In this document: positions 10,852 through 21,079 of the stretch, in pieces
Position numbering within the stretch: the first letter of the stretch is position 1
Layout of the letters: every line of letters begins with the position of its first letter
NCBI GenBank assembly: GCA_965218425.1
Contig: OZ244621.1
Coordinates: 4,064,001-4,128,000, forward strand
Source of the DNA: an uncultured Candidatus Binatia bacterium
GTDB taxonomy: Bacteria > Desulfobacterota > Binatia > UBA9968 > CAXXLF01
Length of the DNA: 64,000 nt
Reading direction: 5' to 3'
The notes under the pieces: generated by a model
Told to the model about the DNA's origin: nothing
What the model saw: only the letters and a program-made list of their open reading frames with translations
Databases searched by the model: none
Made by a program: the position numbers and the translations under genes

Positions 10852-10892
10852 AGCCCGGCGCGACACTTGAATTCAAGTAATCCTCGCCGGGC
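10852..10892. terminator. Palindromic bidirectional terminator-like hairpin between convergent genes
   Basis: GCCCGGCG...ACTTGAATTCAAGT...CGCCGGGC nested inverted repeat. Confidence 0.5.
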
Positions 10893-10907
10893 CATCCCGG
10901 AACACCG

Positions 10908-11405
10908 TCAAAGCTTGTAGCCGATTTTCCGTAACAAGTCTTTTCGCCAGGCGATATCCTCCTCCTTTTCCACCCCTACCGTTTTTGCCCCGTCAATTAC
11001 GCCGAGAATGCCTCGGCCCCGTTCCGTCTCTGCAATCACCACCTCCACGGAATTCGCCGTGGCGCAATATATGTGACACACTTCCGGTACCATCTTGAGG
11101 GAGTTGAGAATATTTACCGGGAAAAACCCTGGGCCCAAAAATAGGATGAAACAGTGACCAGCCGCGAGGGCCTGGGCATTTTGCTTGGCAAGTCCGATCA
11201 TTGCCTCGTCAGTGCCGCTCCAACGCACAAGGGTTGCGCCCGACGCTTCGCAAAAGGCGAGGCCGAACTTGATCCCCGGTACGGCCTGAACCAGCGCCTC
11301 GTGGATATCCTCCACCGTTTTGATAAAGTGGCTCTGTCCTAAGACAAAGTTGATATCGTCAGGCTTTTCGATCTTGACAGTGGCAAGTTCCACGGCCCAA
11401 TTCAA
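10908..11405 (-). CDS. Adenosine-specific kinase family (DUF355/PAE2307-like)
   Basis: GQSHFIKTVED, FGLAFCEASG, CATAN and GRGILGVIDG motifs. Confidence 0.9.
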   Translation of the reverse strand: MNWAVELATVKIEKPDDINFVLGQSHFIKTVEDIHEALVQAVPGIKFGLAFCEASGATLVRWSGTDEAMIGLAKQNAQALAAGHCFILFLGPGFFPVNILNSLKMVPEVCHIYCATANSVEVVIAETERGRGILGVIDGAKTVGVEKEEDIAWRKDLLRKIGYKL

Positions 11406-11423
11406 TCCAGCTCCCTCGGATCG

Positions 11424-12035
11424 TCAGCTTCCCTTGGATTCCTTAACCAGCCTTTCCAACACTTCGTATGGCTGGGCGCCCACCGCCACCGATCCATCCA
11501 TCACAAACGTCGGGACACCTGTAACCCCAACCTCCCAACAACGCTTCCAGTCGGCGTCCACGTCGTCTTTGAATACCCGGCTTGCAAGGATCTCTCGAGC
11601 CTCATCCACGGGCAAGCCAACTCGCCCCACCAGTTTGAGCAGGACCTCTGGCTTTCCGATGTTAATGTTGTCCACGAAATAAGCCTGAAACAGGGCCTCA
11701 TGAATGCGATCTCCGTTGGGTTTCCCTTCGGCCCACTTCCCCAGCTCCTGGGCCAGACGGCTGTTGTAGGTCATTTTGCGCTCGCCATAGGGTAGACCCT
11801 CTTGGTCCATAAGAGACTTCATCCTGCTGCGCCTTGATTCGACGCGGGATTTATCCGCGCCGAATAAATCATCCAGCGATCGACCTTCCTCGGGTGTGTC
11901 GGGATGAAGGGGGAAATGGGTGAACTTGACCTTCAGCCCGAAATTTTTCTTTAGTTTCTCAATACGCCCGGTACTGAGGTAGCACCAGGGTCAAACGTAA
12001 TCGGAAAAGACTTCTAAAGTTCTTGGCTCTTCCAT
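11424..12035 (-). CDS. DsbA/FrnE-family thiol-disulfide oxidoreductase, predicted selenoprotein (Sec at codon 15, UPWC)
   Basis: ATG 12035 with GAGGAG RBS gives MEEPRTLEVFSDYV-TGA-PWCYLSTGRIEKL...FPLHPDTP, continuing in frame into the 11424-11822 ORF (GVTGVPTF cis-Pro motif); TGA sits at the first Cys of CPWC. Confidence 0.9.
11958..11978 (-). promoter_or_regulatory. Candidate bacterial SECIS element
   Basis: mRNA UGA + 12 nt + CUCAGUAC-CGGGC-GUAUUGAG: 8-bp stem (one G-U) with a G-rich apical loop. Confidence 0.75.
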
Positions 12036-12084
12036 AATCGTAATCTCCTCTGGCTCTCGTGACCGAATTCGCCGCGCGAGTGAA

Positions 12085-12113
12085 ATAATATGCCCGAGTC
12101 CCGACCTTGTCAA
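12085..12113 (-). promoter_or_regulatory. Sigma70-type promoter of the selenoprotein gene
   Basis: TTGACA-17 bp-TATTAT, about 50 bp upstream of ATG 12035. Confidence 0.65.
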
Positions 12114-12137
12114 AACCTTACCATTGCGACCAACACG

Positions 12138-12959
12138 TCACCCTCTCTCAGTGCGGTCAATCACCCATCGAGCCATTTCGTCATGGCGGGCGAACCAGAC
12201 CCCGGAAAATCCCTTCATGTACTTCAGCGCATCCGCCACCACAGCACAGATGAGAGGCCGGCCACCAAAGTGTGCATGAACCGTGAGATTGATCATCCCC
12301 GTGGGCTCGTGTTTGTATAGGTAATCGAAAGTGTTCTTGTAGATCTGAAAGAAATCCCCGGGGTTTCCCCGAAGAACCCTGTTATCCGTGAAATCGGAGT
12401 GAGGTATGACAACCATTGGACCTTTAGGCGTCTTCATGTAGTAAGGAAGGTCCGTATCATTGTAGTCCCCATGCCAGAGGAAATTCTCTTCCGCCAAGAA
12501 CTCTGCGGTGTGTTGCGTGGGAGTGCACCGAGGGCTCAACCAACCCACGGGTTTCGCCCCCGTAGTCCTCTCAATGATCCCGCAGCACCTCTGGATAACT
12601 TCTCTTTCCTCTGCCGGCGATAGATAACAGAGCAGCGCATCTTGGGTATAGGAATGGCCGGCCACCTCGTGTCCGCCACGAAGGATCTCCTTGACCGCGT
12701 CCGGATAGAGCTCTACCGTTTTGCCGCTCACGCAAACCGTCGCCCGGATTCCAAAGTTATTCAAGATCCGCATGAGCCTCCATATACCTGTTTTTCCTCC
12801 ATACTCCGACCAGGAGATCCCATGTCGGTCCACCGTACCCTCCTTGAGAGGTGTAGCCATAGGCGAATAACCGGGGGACTTGTCCTCAGACCATGTCTCG
12901 AACATGACTGTCACGAGCACCGCAATCCTTACGTCCCCGTCCCACTTCTGAATGGCCAT
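12138..12959 (-). CDS. Polysaccharide deacetylase / PuuE allantoinase-like CE4 protein
   Basis: EYGGKTGIWRL, GHEVAGHSY, GWLSP and HAHFGGR motifs. Confidence 0.85.
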   Translation of the reverse strand: MAIQKWDGDVRIAVLVTVMFETWSEDKSPGYSPMATPLKEGTVDRHGISWSEYGGKTGIWRLMRILNNFGIRATVCVSGKTVELYPDAVKEILRGGHEVAGHSYTQDALLCYLSPAEEREVIQRCCGIIERTTGAKPVGWLSPRCTPTQHTAEFLAEENFLWHGDYNDTDLPYYMKTPKGPMVVIPHSDFTDNRVLRGNPGDFFQIYKNTFDYLYKHEPTGMINLTVHAHFGGRPLICAVVADALKYMKGFSGVWFARHDEMARWVIDRTERG

Positions 12960-13001
12960 ATGTCCTTACCCCCAGTACCGCGTCAGACGAAATACCGCTG
13001 A

Positions 13002-14084
13002 TCAAAAGCCATAGAGCCTGCAGGCATTCTCACCCATTATCTTGGCCATGGTCTCCGGGAGAATTTCCTCTCTTTGTGTGACGGACTTCACCGCGTCGGG
13101 GAACTTGCCGTCACTGTGATTGTAGTCGGAACAGAAGACGAGGCGCTCCGATCCCACGAAATCTATGACGAAGCCAAGGGTTTTCTCATCCGGCTCGAAG
13201 GCGTAATAGAGTTGTCCGCTGCGCATGTATTCGCTCGGAGGTTTGGTAAGCCAGGATACGGTGGGTTGCATATTTTCGTAGTGCTCATCCAACCTCTCCA
13301 TCCAATACGGAATCCAGCCCGCCCCCGCTTCCATGCAGGCCACTTTCAAGCGGGGGAATCTGTCCAACAAACCACCGACTACCACACACAGCACACCGAT
13401 CATTTGTTCAAAAGGATGAGTCATGGCGTGGGTATAAAAAGGATGGTCGAACCTATCGATCCCTGCCGATACCCCGTCACCGGCTCCCACATGAATGGCC
13501 ACAGGCGCATTGAGCCGCTCGGCCTCGGCGAAGAAGGGGTAGAGATCCGGATCATCGAGATTTTTTCCTGAAGAGGAGTGGGTTGGCGCGGCAACCGCTA
13601 CAAAGCCCAGCTCATTCACACAGCGGCGCAACTCCTCCACCGCCGCAGGAGGATCCTGGATAGGCACAAGCGCCACGCCCTTGAGCCTGCTGGAGTCTGC
13701 TTTGCAGTATCCTGCGAGCCAATTGTTGTAAACCTGTGAAATGGCACACGCAAGATCCTTGTCCTCAAAAAACGGAAGGCTGAGGAATGGACTCGAACCA
13801 AAGAGAACCGCTACCTCAATCCCCTCAAGGTCCATGTCCTGAAGGCGCCGGACGGGATCAGACATCCCGGTAGTGGCTCGCGGCGAACGACCCCGCGGAG
13901 CACCCACAAATCCGCATCCTTTGCCAACGGGCTTGGGGCATAACTTCCCCTCCACCATGACCATGGAAACACCTCGGTTATCCTTAACCACCGTGGGTGC
14001 GCGGGAGCTGTATGATGCGGGCAGCAGATCCCGCCAGGGGATATTAGACTCAGTGACATGTCCATCCGCATCTATAATTCGCAT
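13002..14084 (-). CDS. Amidohydrolase_2 family (ACMSD/decarboxylase-like)
   Basis: MRIIDADGH, AIH, MEAGAGW, SDYNH.D; AAGGAGG RBS before ATG 14084. Confidence 0.88.
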   Translation of the reverse strand: MRIIDADGHVTESNIPWRDLLPASYSSRAPTVVKDNRGVSMVMVEGKLCPKPVGKGCGFVGAPRGRSPRATTGMSDPVRRLQDMDLEGIEVAVLFGSSPFLSLPFFEDKDLACAISQVYNNWLAGYCKADSSRLKGVALVPIQDPPAAVEELRRCVNELGFVAVAAPTHSSSGKNLDDPDLYPFFAEAERLNAPVAIHVGAGDGVSAGIDRFDHPFYTHAMTHPFEQMIGVLCVVVGGLLDRFPRLKVACMEAGAGWIPYWMERLDEHYENMQPTVSWLTKPPSEYMRSGQLYYAFEPDEKTLGFVIDFVGSERLVFCSDYNHSDGKFPDAVKSVTQREEILPETMAKIMGENACRLYGF

Positions 14085-14336
14085 GGTCTCCTCCTTGCCC
14101 CGTACCAACTTAGGCTCTTTTTGCGAGCACGGGGATGATGGTTCATAAAATCCGCAACGGCAGCGCTCCACGGTCACAGATGTGAATCAGTGGGTTTAGG
14201 TTCGCACATCTATTTGGCACGACGTTATCCGATGTCATTCCGGCTTGTCAATTGGACGAACGGGGCTCAGGGAAGTGGAGTCCTATGGAAAGATAAATTG
14301 CATCAACCCGACCTGGGGAGTCCGGGGAGACTTCTG

Positions 14337-15248
14337 CTATAGTCCGAATTCCTTCAAAGCGTTCGGATCCTGGGTCCATCCCCGGTCGACTTTCACAAAA
14401 AGTTCAAGATAAACTTTACCACCCAACAGGCCTTCCAGTTCTTTCCTCGCCCGTGTGCCGATTTCCTTGAGCATGGCCCCTTTTTTGCCTATGAGAATCG
14501 GCTTATGGGATTCCTGCTCCGAGTGGATGCCAGCCTTGATGACAATAAGATTGTTCTCGGGCTTTTCGCTGAACTCCTCAATCACCACCGCAACCCCGTA
14601 GGGAATCTCTTCCTGCGTCAACAAAAAGATCTTCTCCCGAATCGTCTCGGCAGCGATAAACCGCTCCGTTTGATCCGTAATTTCATCCTCCTGATAGTAC
14701 CGCGGCCCCTGGGGCAGAGACTTTATTATCAGGTCCACCAGAAGGGGAAGGTTCTCACCAGCGCGGGCGCTGATGGGAACAATTTCCCGGCCCGGCAAGA
14801 GCGACGAAATTCGATCCATCAATGGTAGAAGCTTTGATTTGGAAACGAGATCTATTTTGTTCAGCAAAACCAAAGCGACCCCCCCCGATTCCATCAGCAG
14901 CCGCGCAATATCCTCATTTTCCCCGAAAATCCCTTCCCTGGCATCCACCAGCCAAAGGGTGAGGTCCACTTCCCTTAGAGTGCTCTTGGCCACCTCCACC
15001 ATCCGCTGATTCATTAGGGAACGTGCCCGGTGAATCCCCGGAGTATCGAGAAAAATAACCTGCGAGCCCGGAGCCGACCTGATGCCCCTGATTCGATTAC
15101 GGGTGGTTTGCGCCTTGGGGGTTACGATGGCAACCTTTTCGCCCAATAGCTGGTTCATCAACGTGGATTTTCCCACGTTGGGCCGGCCGACGATCGCCAC
15201 AAACCCCGATCGAAAAAGCTCAACTTTATTATCCGTGCTCTCTGTCAC
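14337..15248 (-). CDS. era: GTPase Era
   Basis: GRPNVGKST, QTTR, DTPG, NKID, EEIPY and KH-domain IGKKG motifs. Confidence 0.97.
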   Translation of the reverse strand: MTESTDNKVELFRSGFVAIVGRPNVGKSTLMNQLLGEKVAIVTPKAQTTRNRIRGIRSAPGSQVIFLDTPGIHRARSLMNQRMVEVAKSTLREVDLTLWLVDAREGIFGENEDIARLLMESGGVALVLLNKIDLVSKSKLLPLMDRISSLLPGREIVPISARAGENLPLLVDLIIKSLPQGPRYYQEDEITDQTERFIAAETIREKIFLLTQEEIPYGVAVVIEEFSEKPENNLIVIKAGIHSEQESHKPILIGKKGAMLKEIGTRARKELEGLLGGKVYLELFVKVDRGWTQDPNALKEFGL

Positions 15249-15777
15249 CTCGGCAGATGGACTCCAATGCCACGCCCCACAGGCGATTCCGACCTCGGAC
15301 CAACCAGGGATCCGCTTACCTGCTCGTTTCTCGCCTCCCGCAAAACTAACCGTATCGGCGAATCGAATAGAGTTGGGAATGGGTCAAGAAGGTCCGGCCA
15401 TCTATTTTGCGTCAACGCTCGTTTGCCAATCGGCTTATTGTACCCTAGTGCAGGCCCGGAAAATTCGCAACCAGGATCCCGCAAGATACTTTGCGATCCG
15501 TATGGTCGTCGAAGATCCCTTCTCGAGCACTGCCCGGGATGTCCCGGGTTAGAAGGCACTGTAAAATTCCACTCGGAGTGGACGAGTCGTGGGTTATTGA
15601 GATAATCAAACTTCGTTTCGGACACCAAGAGAAAAGACCCCACCACCATTACGAACCATGGCTCATTGACAGGGTTCACTTTCTTCGTGCTATCATCCCC
15701 CTTGATCCAAGCGCTGCACACTTTATCCGGCGACACCTTCAGCGTTACCCTAAGAATACGATTAAATATTAATTCTT

Positions 15778-17199
15778 TTGGGGAGAGACAACATCCAAGT
15801 GGAGACCCGCGTCAATTACCTACTCCTTGCCACTGCCATGTTGGGGACCTTTTTTTCCGCAACGGCTGCCAGGATCTTCAATATATCCATGCCCACCGTA
15901 GCTGCCAGTCTGGGCACCGACCTCCTTGGGATCTCCTGGGCGCTACTGGCCTACCAACTTTCGAATATCGGACTCTCCATCATCTTTGGCCGCCTCGCGG
16001 ATCTCTGGGGAAGGGAAAAGATTATTGCATTGGGATTTATCGTGTTTTCGCTAAGCTCCCTCCTGTGCGGCGTATCACAAAACGTCTACCAACTCATCGG
16101 GTTCCGATTTCTTCAGGGAATTGGAGCTTCCATGATCCAATCCTCCAGCCGTGCATTGGCGGCTGATGCAGTACCGGAACATCTTGGTGGGCGAGCCCAG
16201 GGTTATATGACCACGGCGCATCATACGGGATTTCTATTGGGTCCCAGCATCGGTGGGCTCACCATCGATTACTTGAGCTGGCGTTGGACCTTTTTCTTTC
16301 TCTTTCCCATTGGACTGATAGGCTCCCTGCTGACCTTGGCGAACCTGAAACACCGCCCCCCATCCGTCAACCGTGTCTCCATCGACTATATTGGAGCTGC
16401 ATTGGTTTTCGCAGCCACCACCACCCTTATTTTGTTTTTTGACCGCAGGTCGCTCGAAATCATGGGGGGCGAGATTAAGATAGCCGTGGCCGTGGCCTTC
16501 CTCGGTTGTGTTGCCGGTCTCATTGCCTACGAGTCAAAGGCCGAAAGCCCCTTTCTCAATCTCTCACTGTTCAAGATCCGCCTGTTCAGTTGTAGCGCCG
16601 TCAGCCTCCTAATCATTTCCACCTGCTACTCGATCCCTTTCTTTCTTCTTCCCTTCTACCTTCAAAACGTGCTCCTGCTGTCGCCGTCGTTCATCGGTCT
16701 CCTTTTCATGGTTCCTCCCATCATGACCGTAGTCCTGGCCCCCTTCAGCGGCACCATGGCGGACCGATTTGGGCCGCGGTTACCTGCCAGCTTCGGCATC
16801 ATATTTTTAACCTCATCTCTCCTGCTCGGTTATTTTTTCCAACCGAACTCCCACTGGATGCTACCCGCTTCGATGATCGCCCTGGGAGCCATCACCAATG
16901 GATTTTTTAATCCGGCCAACTCCAAGGCAATGATCTCCATGATGCCCAGGGAGCACCGCGGTTTCGCCACCGCGATCAATCACGTCTTCTTTAGTATGGG
17001 AAACGTTCTGGGGGTTGCCCTTGGCGGTTTCTTGATGGCCACCGCCTTTGAGGCCCATACGGGGCTCCCAGGGATCAGCCTTTCTACGAACCATCCTATG
17101 GGATTCGTCGCCGCCCTCAACACAACCTTCCTTGCAGCCGTGGTCCTGAGCCTGCTCGGCCTCGTGACGTCATTGTCCAGAGGTAGCAGGACCTCATAA
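15778..17199 (+). CDS. MFS transporter, DHA2/EmrB-like 14-TM
   Basis: GRLADLWGR motif A, RFLQGIGA, GPSIGG motif C, many hydrophobic segments. Confidence 0.88.
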   Translation: MGRDNIQVETRVNYLLLATAMLGTFFSATAARIFNISMPTVAASLGTDLLGISWALLAYQLSNIGLSIIFGRLADLWGREKIIALGFIVFSLSSLLCGVSQNVYQLIGFRFLQGIGASMIQSSSRALAADAVPEHLGGRAQGYMTTAHHTGFLLGPSIGGLTIDYLSWRWTFFFLFPIGLIGSLLTLANLKHRPPSVNRVSIDYIGAALVFAATTTLILFFDRRSLEIMGGEIKIAVAVAFLGCVAGLIAYESKAESPFLNLSLFKIRLFSCSAVSLLIISTCYSIPFFLLPFYLQNVLLLSPSFIGLLFMVPPIMTVVLAPFSGTMADRFGPRLPASFGIIFLTSSLLLGYFFQPNSHWMLPASMIALGAITNGFFNPANSKAMISMMPREHRGFATAINHVFFSMGNVLGVALGGFLMATAFEAHTGLPGISLSTNHPMGFVAALNTTFLAAVVLSLLGLVTSLSRGSRTS

Positions 17200-17221
17200 T
17201 TAAACTCAAAAAAGGGATAGG

Positions 17222-18247
17222 CTACTTTATGGTCTTCAGTTCCGGTAGAACTTCATGAGCCAGACGCTCTAGCTGACGATGATCGTGGGTCACTGTAGAA
17301 AAAATGAGATTTCGCACACCGGCATCCACAAGCTTCTTAGCCTGTGCCACACAGAGAGCCGGTGGACCATGGAGCGTATAGCGGGGAGCATCATAGGAGG
17401 AAGGATAATACCTTGGCAGCCTGTCAGAAAGCACTGCCAAGGCCTTATCGGTGTTTTCATCAATGTGAATGTATGTGAACTTGGCCGCCATGAGGCTATT
17501 GGGGTCCCTCCCAGTCGTGATGCAATGCTCTTTGATCTTCGCCCAGCCACGGGAGACATCCTCCGCAGTGCTGGTACTGGAAGCCAACCATCCATCGCCG
17601 AGAACAGCCACCCGACGGAGCACCGGATCCGCCTTGCCGCCAATCCAAAAGGGAATTCGTTGCTGAACCGGTCTGGGCTCCATGGGCACGTCCGTCGGTT
17701 GAATCAAGCGCGACACACCCTCAAAGGACCCTTGACCCCAGAACGCTCGCAGGGCCGTGAGGGTCTCCTCAAACCGGGTAACCCGGGTTTTCATTGATGT
17801 CCCCGACACCTGGTACTCCGTTGGGCTGCCCCCCAGGGAAGTACCGAGAACAACTCTACCTCCGGAAAGGTAGTCGAGAGTGGAAAGGCTCTTGGCCAGT
17901 GAAAGGGGATTTCGGAGATTGACCAGCAGGACACAGGTACCCAGTCGAATTCGTTCCGTGCGGGCGGCCACAAAGTTGAGTGTCGTCAGCGCCTCCAATA
18001 CGCCCAGACGAGGATGGAGGAGTCGATCTTCCACCCACACAGAGTCGAACCCCAATTTTTCCGCCGCGGTGGCATAATCAATCAGTTCGGATGGTTCGGG
18101 CAACGTGTCCCACCCGACGCTGGGAAGGTAGACTCCAAAGCGAGGAGTTTTGTCTTGGGATTGAGGATCGTGTAAGACTTGTGGTGACATTGAGGGTCTG
18201 TTCTGTGCGCCAAATCTTGCGGCTTGACCTTGAAAGGCTCCCTCCAC
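17222..18247 (-). CDS. LLM-class flavin-dependent oxidoreductase (start may be 18190)
   Basis: AEKLGFDSVWVED, TERIRLGT, LDYLSGGR, PRPVQ..P.WIGG and GDGW motifs. Confidence 0.88.
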   Translation of the reverse strand: MEGAFQGQAARFGAQNRPSMSPQVLHDPQSQDKTPRFGVYLPSVGWDTLPEPSELIDYATAAEKLGFDSVWVEDRLLHPRLGVLEALTTLNFVAARTERIRLGTCVLLVNLRNPLSLAKSLSTLDYLSGGRVVLGTSLGGSPTEYQVSGTSMKTRVTRFEETLTALRAFWGQGSFEGVSRLIQPTDVPMEPRPVQQRIPFWIGGKADPVLRRVAVLGDGWLASSTSTAEDVSRGWAKIKEHCITTGRDPNSLMAAKFTYIHIDENTDKALAVLSDRLPRYYPSSYDAPRYTLHGPPALCVAQAKKLVDAGVRNLIFSTVTHDHRQLERLAHEVLPELKTIK

Positions 18248-18288
18248 TTTTTCACGAGCCTTGGATGGTCAAGCATAAAGCGAACCGT

Positions 18289-18364
18289 AGTTTAGTCCTC
18301 CGCATGCAGCCTTGTCAATTTCCAGTTGATTGGGTTGACAGGCAACTTTTCCGAACCGTATACC
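18289..18364. promoter_or_regulatory. Back-to-back sigma70-type promoters for the LLM gene and the MFS gene
   Basis: Minus strand TTGACA-18-TAAACT; plus strand TTGACA(18335)-18-TATACC. Confidence 0.45.
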
Positions 18365-18477
18365 TGTACGTAGTTCCCAGCAGCGAGCTGTGGCCATGAA
18401 ATGCATCAACCACTACGATTACACAAGCAATCTTACCCCTCCAAGCTAAACCCTTTCATTGCATTAACGAAACTAGC

Positions 18478-19677
18478 GTGAATATTCGATTCAGCAAAGA
18501 GACCATGGGTCTGGCCAAACTTTACTCTGCAACGTTTTTAATGGCCTTCGGACCCGGCATGGTTTTACCCGCCATCCCCGTGATAGCGGCTTCTTTTAAA
18601 GTTTCCGCGGGTCTCGCAGCCCAACTGATCACCGCACAGGCGCTAGGAAGAGCTGTGGCTCAGATTCCGGGAGGTATCATCGTCGACCGACGGGGAAGCA
18701 AGTATGCATTAATATTGAGCACCCTCTTGGTGGCTACAAGTGCTCTCATGGCCGCCCTCACTTCCCTCTTCAGTTTGCTCCTTTTGGCGCTGTTTCTCAT
18801 GGGTACGGCGGACAGTGTGTGGATGCTGGGCAGAGAAGTAGGGGGCGTGGACCTGGTTCGAACCGACCAGAGAGGCAGGATGATGAGCGGTTTCATGGGT
18901 TCCTCCTCGGCAGGAGTCGCCTTGGGCCCGGTGGTGGGGGGAATCTTGGCCGATGGAATGGGCTTCCGTGTGGTGTTTATTGTTTACCTTATCATCGCCA
19001 TAGCAGTACTCCTCACCTCCCTGACCATCCATGAAAGGAAAAACAAACATAAAGAGTTGGGACCATTGACCTTTCGCCTCGGCAAGTTTTGGGAGATCCA
19101 ACCCGCTTATCGGACCACGTATCTGGTACTGGTATTTGCAACCTTCACGATGATGCTCTACCGAACCACCCTTCACAGCATGCTTCCTCTTTTCGTGGGG
19201 ACTCAACTGGGCTTCTCCACGACACAGATTGGAACCCTTTTTGGGATCACCGGGGTTTGCGTCATCGTGATGATCATCCCTGCGGGATTCATCACGGACA
19301 AGATTGGAAGAAAGGCTGCAACGGTTCCCAGCACTGCCCTGCCCGCCATAGCTTTTGCCGCCTATCCCTTTTCCGATAGCATGCTGCAACTTTCGGCCCT
19401 TTCCGCATTGATTGGAATGTCCAACGGCCTTTCCCTTGGCTCAGTGGCCACCTCCACCTACGATGTCATCCCCGAAAAAAGCAGGGGCCAACTCCAGGGG
19501 CTGCGAAGGACAATCGGTGACATTGGCGGAATCAGCGGTCCACTGCTTGGAGGAATCATCGCCGATGCCTATAATCCTGGTACGACCTTCTTTATTTACT
19601 TCCCCCTCCTCCTCCTGGCCGCTGCGCTCCTTGCCTTTGCCTCACGCGAGACCCTCGGTAGAGCCGAACCAACTTAG
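18478..19677 (+). CDS. MFS transporter, 12-TM
   Basis: GIIVDRRGSK and GFITDKIGRK motif A copies, GPVVGG / GPLLGG. Confidence 0.88.
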   Translation: MNIRFSKETMGLAKLYSATFLMAFGPGMVLPAIPVIAASFKVSAGLAAQLITAQALGRAVAQIPGGIIVDRRGSKYALILSTLLVATSALMAALTSLFSLLLLALFLMGTADSVWMLGREVGGVDLVRTDQRGRMMSGFMGSSSAGVALGPVVGGILADGMGFRVVFIVYLIIAIAVLLTSLTIHERKNKHKELGPLTFRLGKFWEIQPAYRTTYLVLVFATFTMMLYRTTLHSMLPLFVGTQLGFSTTQIGTLFGITGVCVIVMIIPAGFITDKIGRKAATVPSTALPAIAFAAYPFSDSMLQLSALSALIGMSNGLSLGSVATSTYDVIPEKSRGQLQGLRRTIGDIGGISGPLLGGIIADAYNPGTTFFIYFPLLLLAAALLAFASRETLGRAEPT

Positions 19678-19759
19678 CTTAAAAATGCCATTACTCATTA
19701 GGTGGTTCTCTGGGCATAGCTAAGGTGATTTTTCAGGTTCAAATCCAGGCCACTAATCC

Positions 19760-19788
19760 TTGACAAGTCACCATCGATTCAATATTCT
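19760..19788 (+). promoter_or_regulatory. Sigma70-type promoter of the amidohydrolase-cupin operon
   Basis: TTGACA-17 bp-TATTCT. Confidence 0.6.
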
Positions 19789-19901
19789 CTCACAAAACCC
19801 TGATTAACAGGGTTGGAAAATCCGATTCCATCAATTCATTGCTTCATCGCCGGATTTTGCGGTCCCCACTGAAGCGGAGTCCACAAAACTAAGGAGGTCC
19901 C

Positions 19902-21077
19902 ATGGCAAAAAACGGTTATATGATCTTTGACAGCGACATGCACATCATGGAGCCCCCCGACCTATGGGAGCGCTATATTGACCCGGAGTTCCGCTCCATT
20001 GCGCCGCGTGGCAGAACATCCGAGAACGTACGCGACCTGGGTCTGTTCTTCCCTGATGGAGAGCCCGCCGGGAGAACCACATCTGGGGTCCCCCATCGCG
20101 GACATAACTACGAACGGAACCAAAAGCTCTACCGAGACCACTCTGAGCGCGGTTGGGGCCCTGATGCCCAGCTCGAGGCAATGGACCTGGAGGGCCTGGA
20201 CGTGGCAGTGCTCTTCCCCAGCCGCGGATTGAGCGTGCTCACCCATCCCAATAGGGATCCACGGTTCGCCGCCGCCATTGCCAGGGCATACAACGATTGG
20301 ATGTTCGATTTCTGTAAATTGGACACCACCCGGCTGCTGGGCGCGGGCATGATCTCTGTTTATGATATCCGTGATGCGGTTGAAGAAACCCTGCGAGCGG
20401 TCAAGGAGTTGGAATTTCGCGCTGTCTTTGTGCGCTCTAACATCGTCAACGGTAAGACATGGCACGATCCCTACTACGAACCCCTCTGGGACCTTCTGGA
20501 AGAGCTCAACATCCCCATAGGATTTCATGAGGCCACAGGCTCGCGTTCGCGCCAGACGGGAGATCATTTCGAGCCCAATTTTGGGCTTCGGCGCATTTAT
20601 GCCCAGCCCGTGGAGCAAATGCTAGGGCTAGGCAGCTTCATTGGCGGAGGTGTCCTGGAGCGGCACCCGAAACTCCATGTGGCATTTCTCGAGGCTAATT
20701 GTTCATGGGTACCCTGGCTGCTCTGGAGACTCGACGAGGGTTACGAGCGGGAAGGCGACGTGTTCATGCGGGACCTCAAAATGCTTCCCAGCGAGTACTT
20801 TAAGCGCCAGTGCTACGTTTCAGTGGAGCCGGATGAAGCCCCGGTACGACACGTGATCAACGAGTTCGGTAGCGATCGGATCGTGTTTTCCACGGACTAT
20901 CCTCATGGCGATTCCAAGTATCCGGAGGCGGTGGACAATTTTTTCCAACTCAAATTATCAGACGAGGACAATCGTAAGATTCTTTGGGATAATTGTGCCC
21001 GATTTTATTCCGTCACCGAAGCACCGAGCTCGACCAAATCCGAACCCGTGATTCAGCAACAAAGGAGGATTTCTTAG
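19902..21077 (+). CDS. Amidohydrolase_2 family
   Basis: FDSDMH, GFHE, FLEANCSW, STDYPHGD; AAGGAGG RBS. Confidence 0.88.
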   Translation: MAKNGYMIFDSDMHIMEPPDLWERYIDPEFRSIAPRGRTSENVRDLGLFFPDGEPAGRTTSGVPHRGHNYERNQKLYRDHSERGWGPDAQLEAMDLEGLDVAVLFPSRGLSVLTHPNRDPRFAAAIARAYNDWMFDFCKLDTTRLLGAGMISVYDIRDAVEETLRAVKELEFRAVFVRSNIVNGKTWHDPYYEPLWDLLEELNIPIGFHEATGSRSRQTGDHFEPNFGLRRIYAQPVEQMLGLGSFIGGGVLERHPKLHVAFLEANCSWVPWLLWRLDEGYEREGDVFMRDLKMLPSEYFKRQCYVSVEPDEAPVRHVINEFGSDRIVFSTDYPHGDSKYPEAVDNFFQLKLSDEDNRKILWDNCARFYSVTEAPSSTKSEPVIQQQRRIS

Positions 21078-21079
21078 CC

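Noticed and set aside
14213..14230. TTGGCACG sigma54-like -24 element
   Set aside because: No GC at the -12 position, and it points away from the adjacent gene.
15245..15736. 163-aa ORF upstream of era
   Set aside because: No family motif (not RNase III), atypical composition, and it overlaps the probable promoter of the divergent MFS gene.
19708..19755. tRNA-like pieces (GGGCATAGCTAAG and GGTTCAAATCC)
   Set aside because: Too short, no anticodon arm, T-stem does not pair and no acceptor stem.
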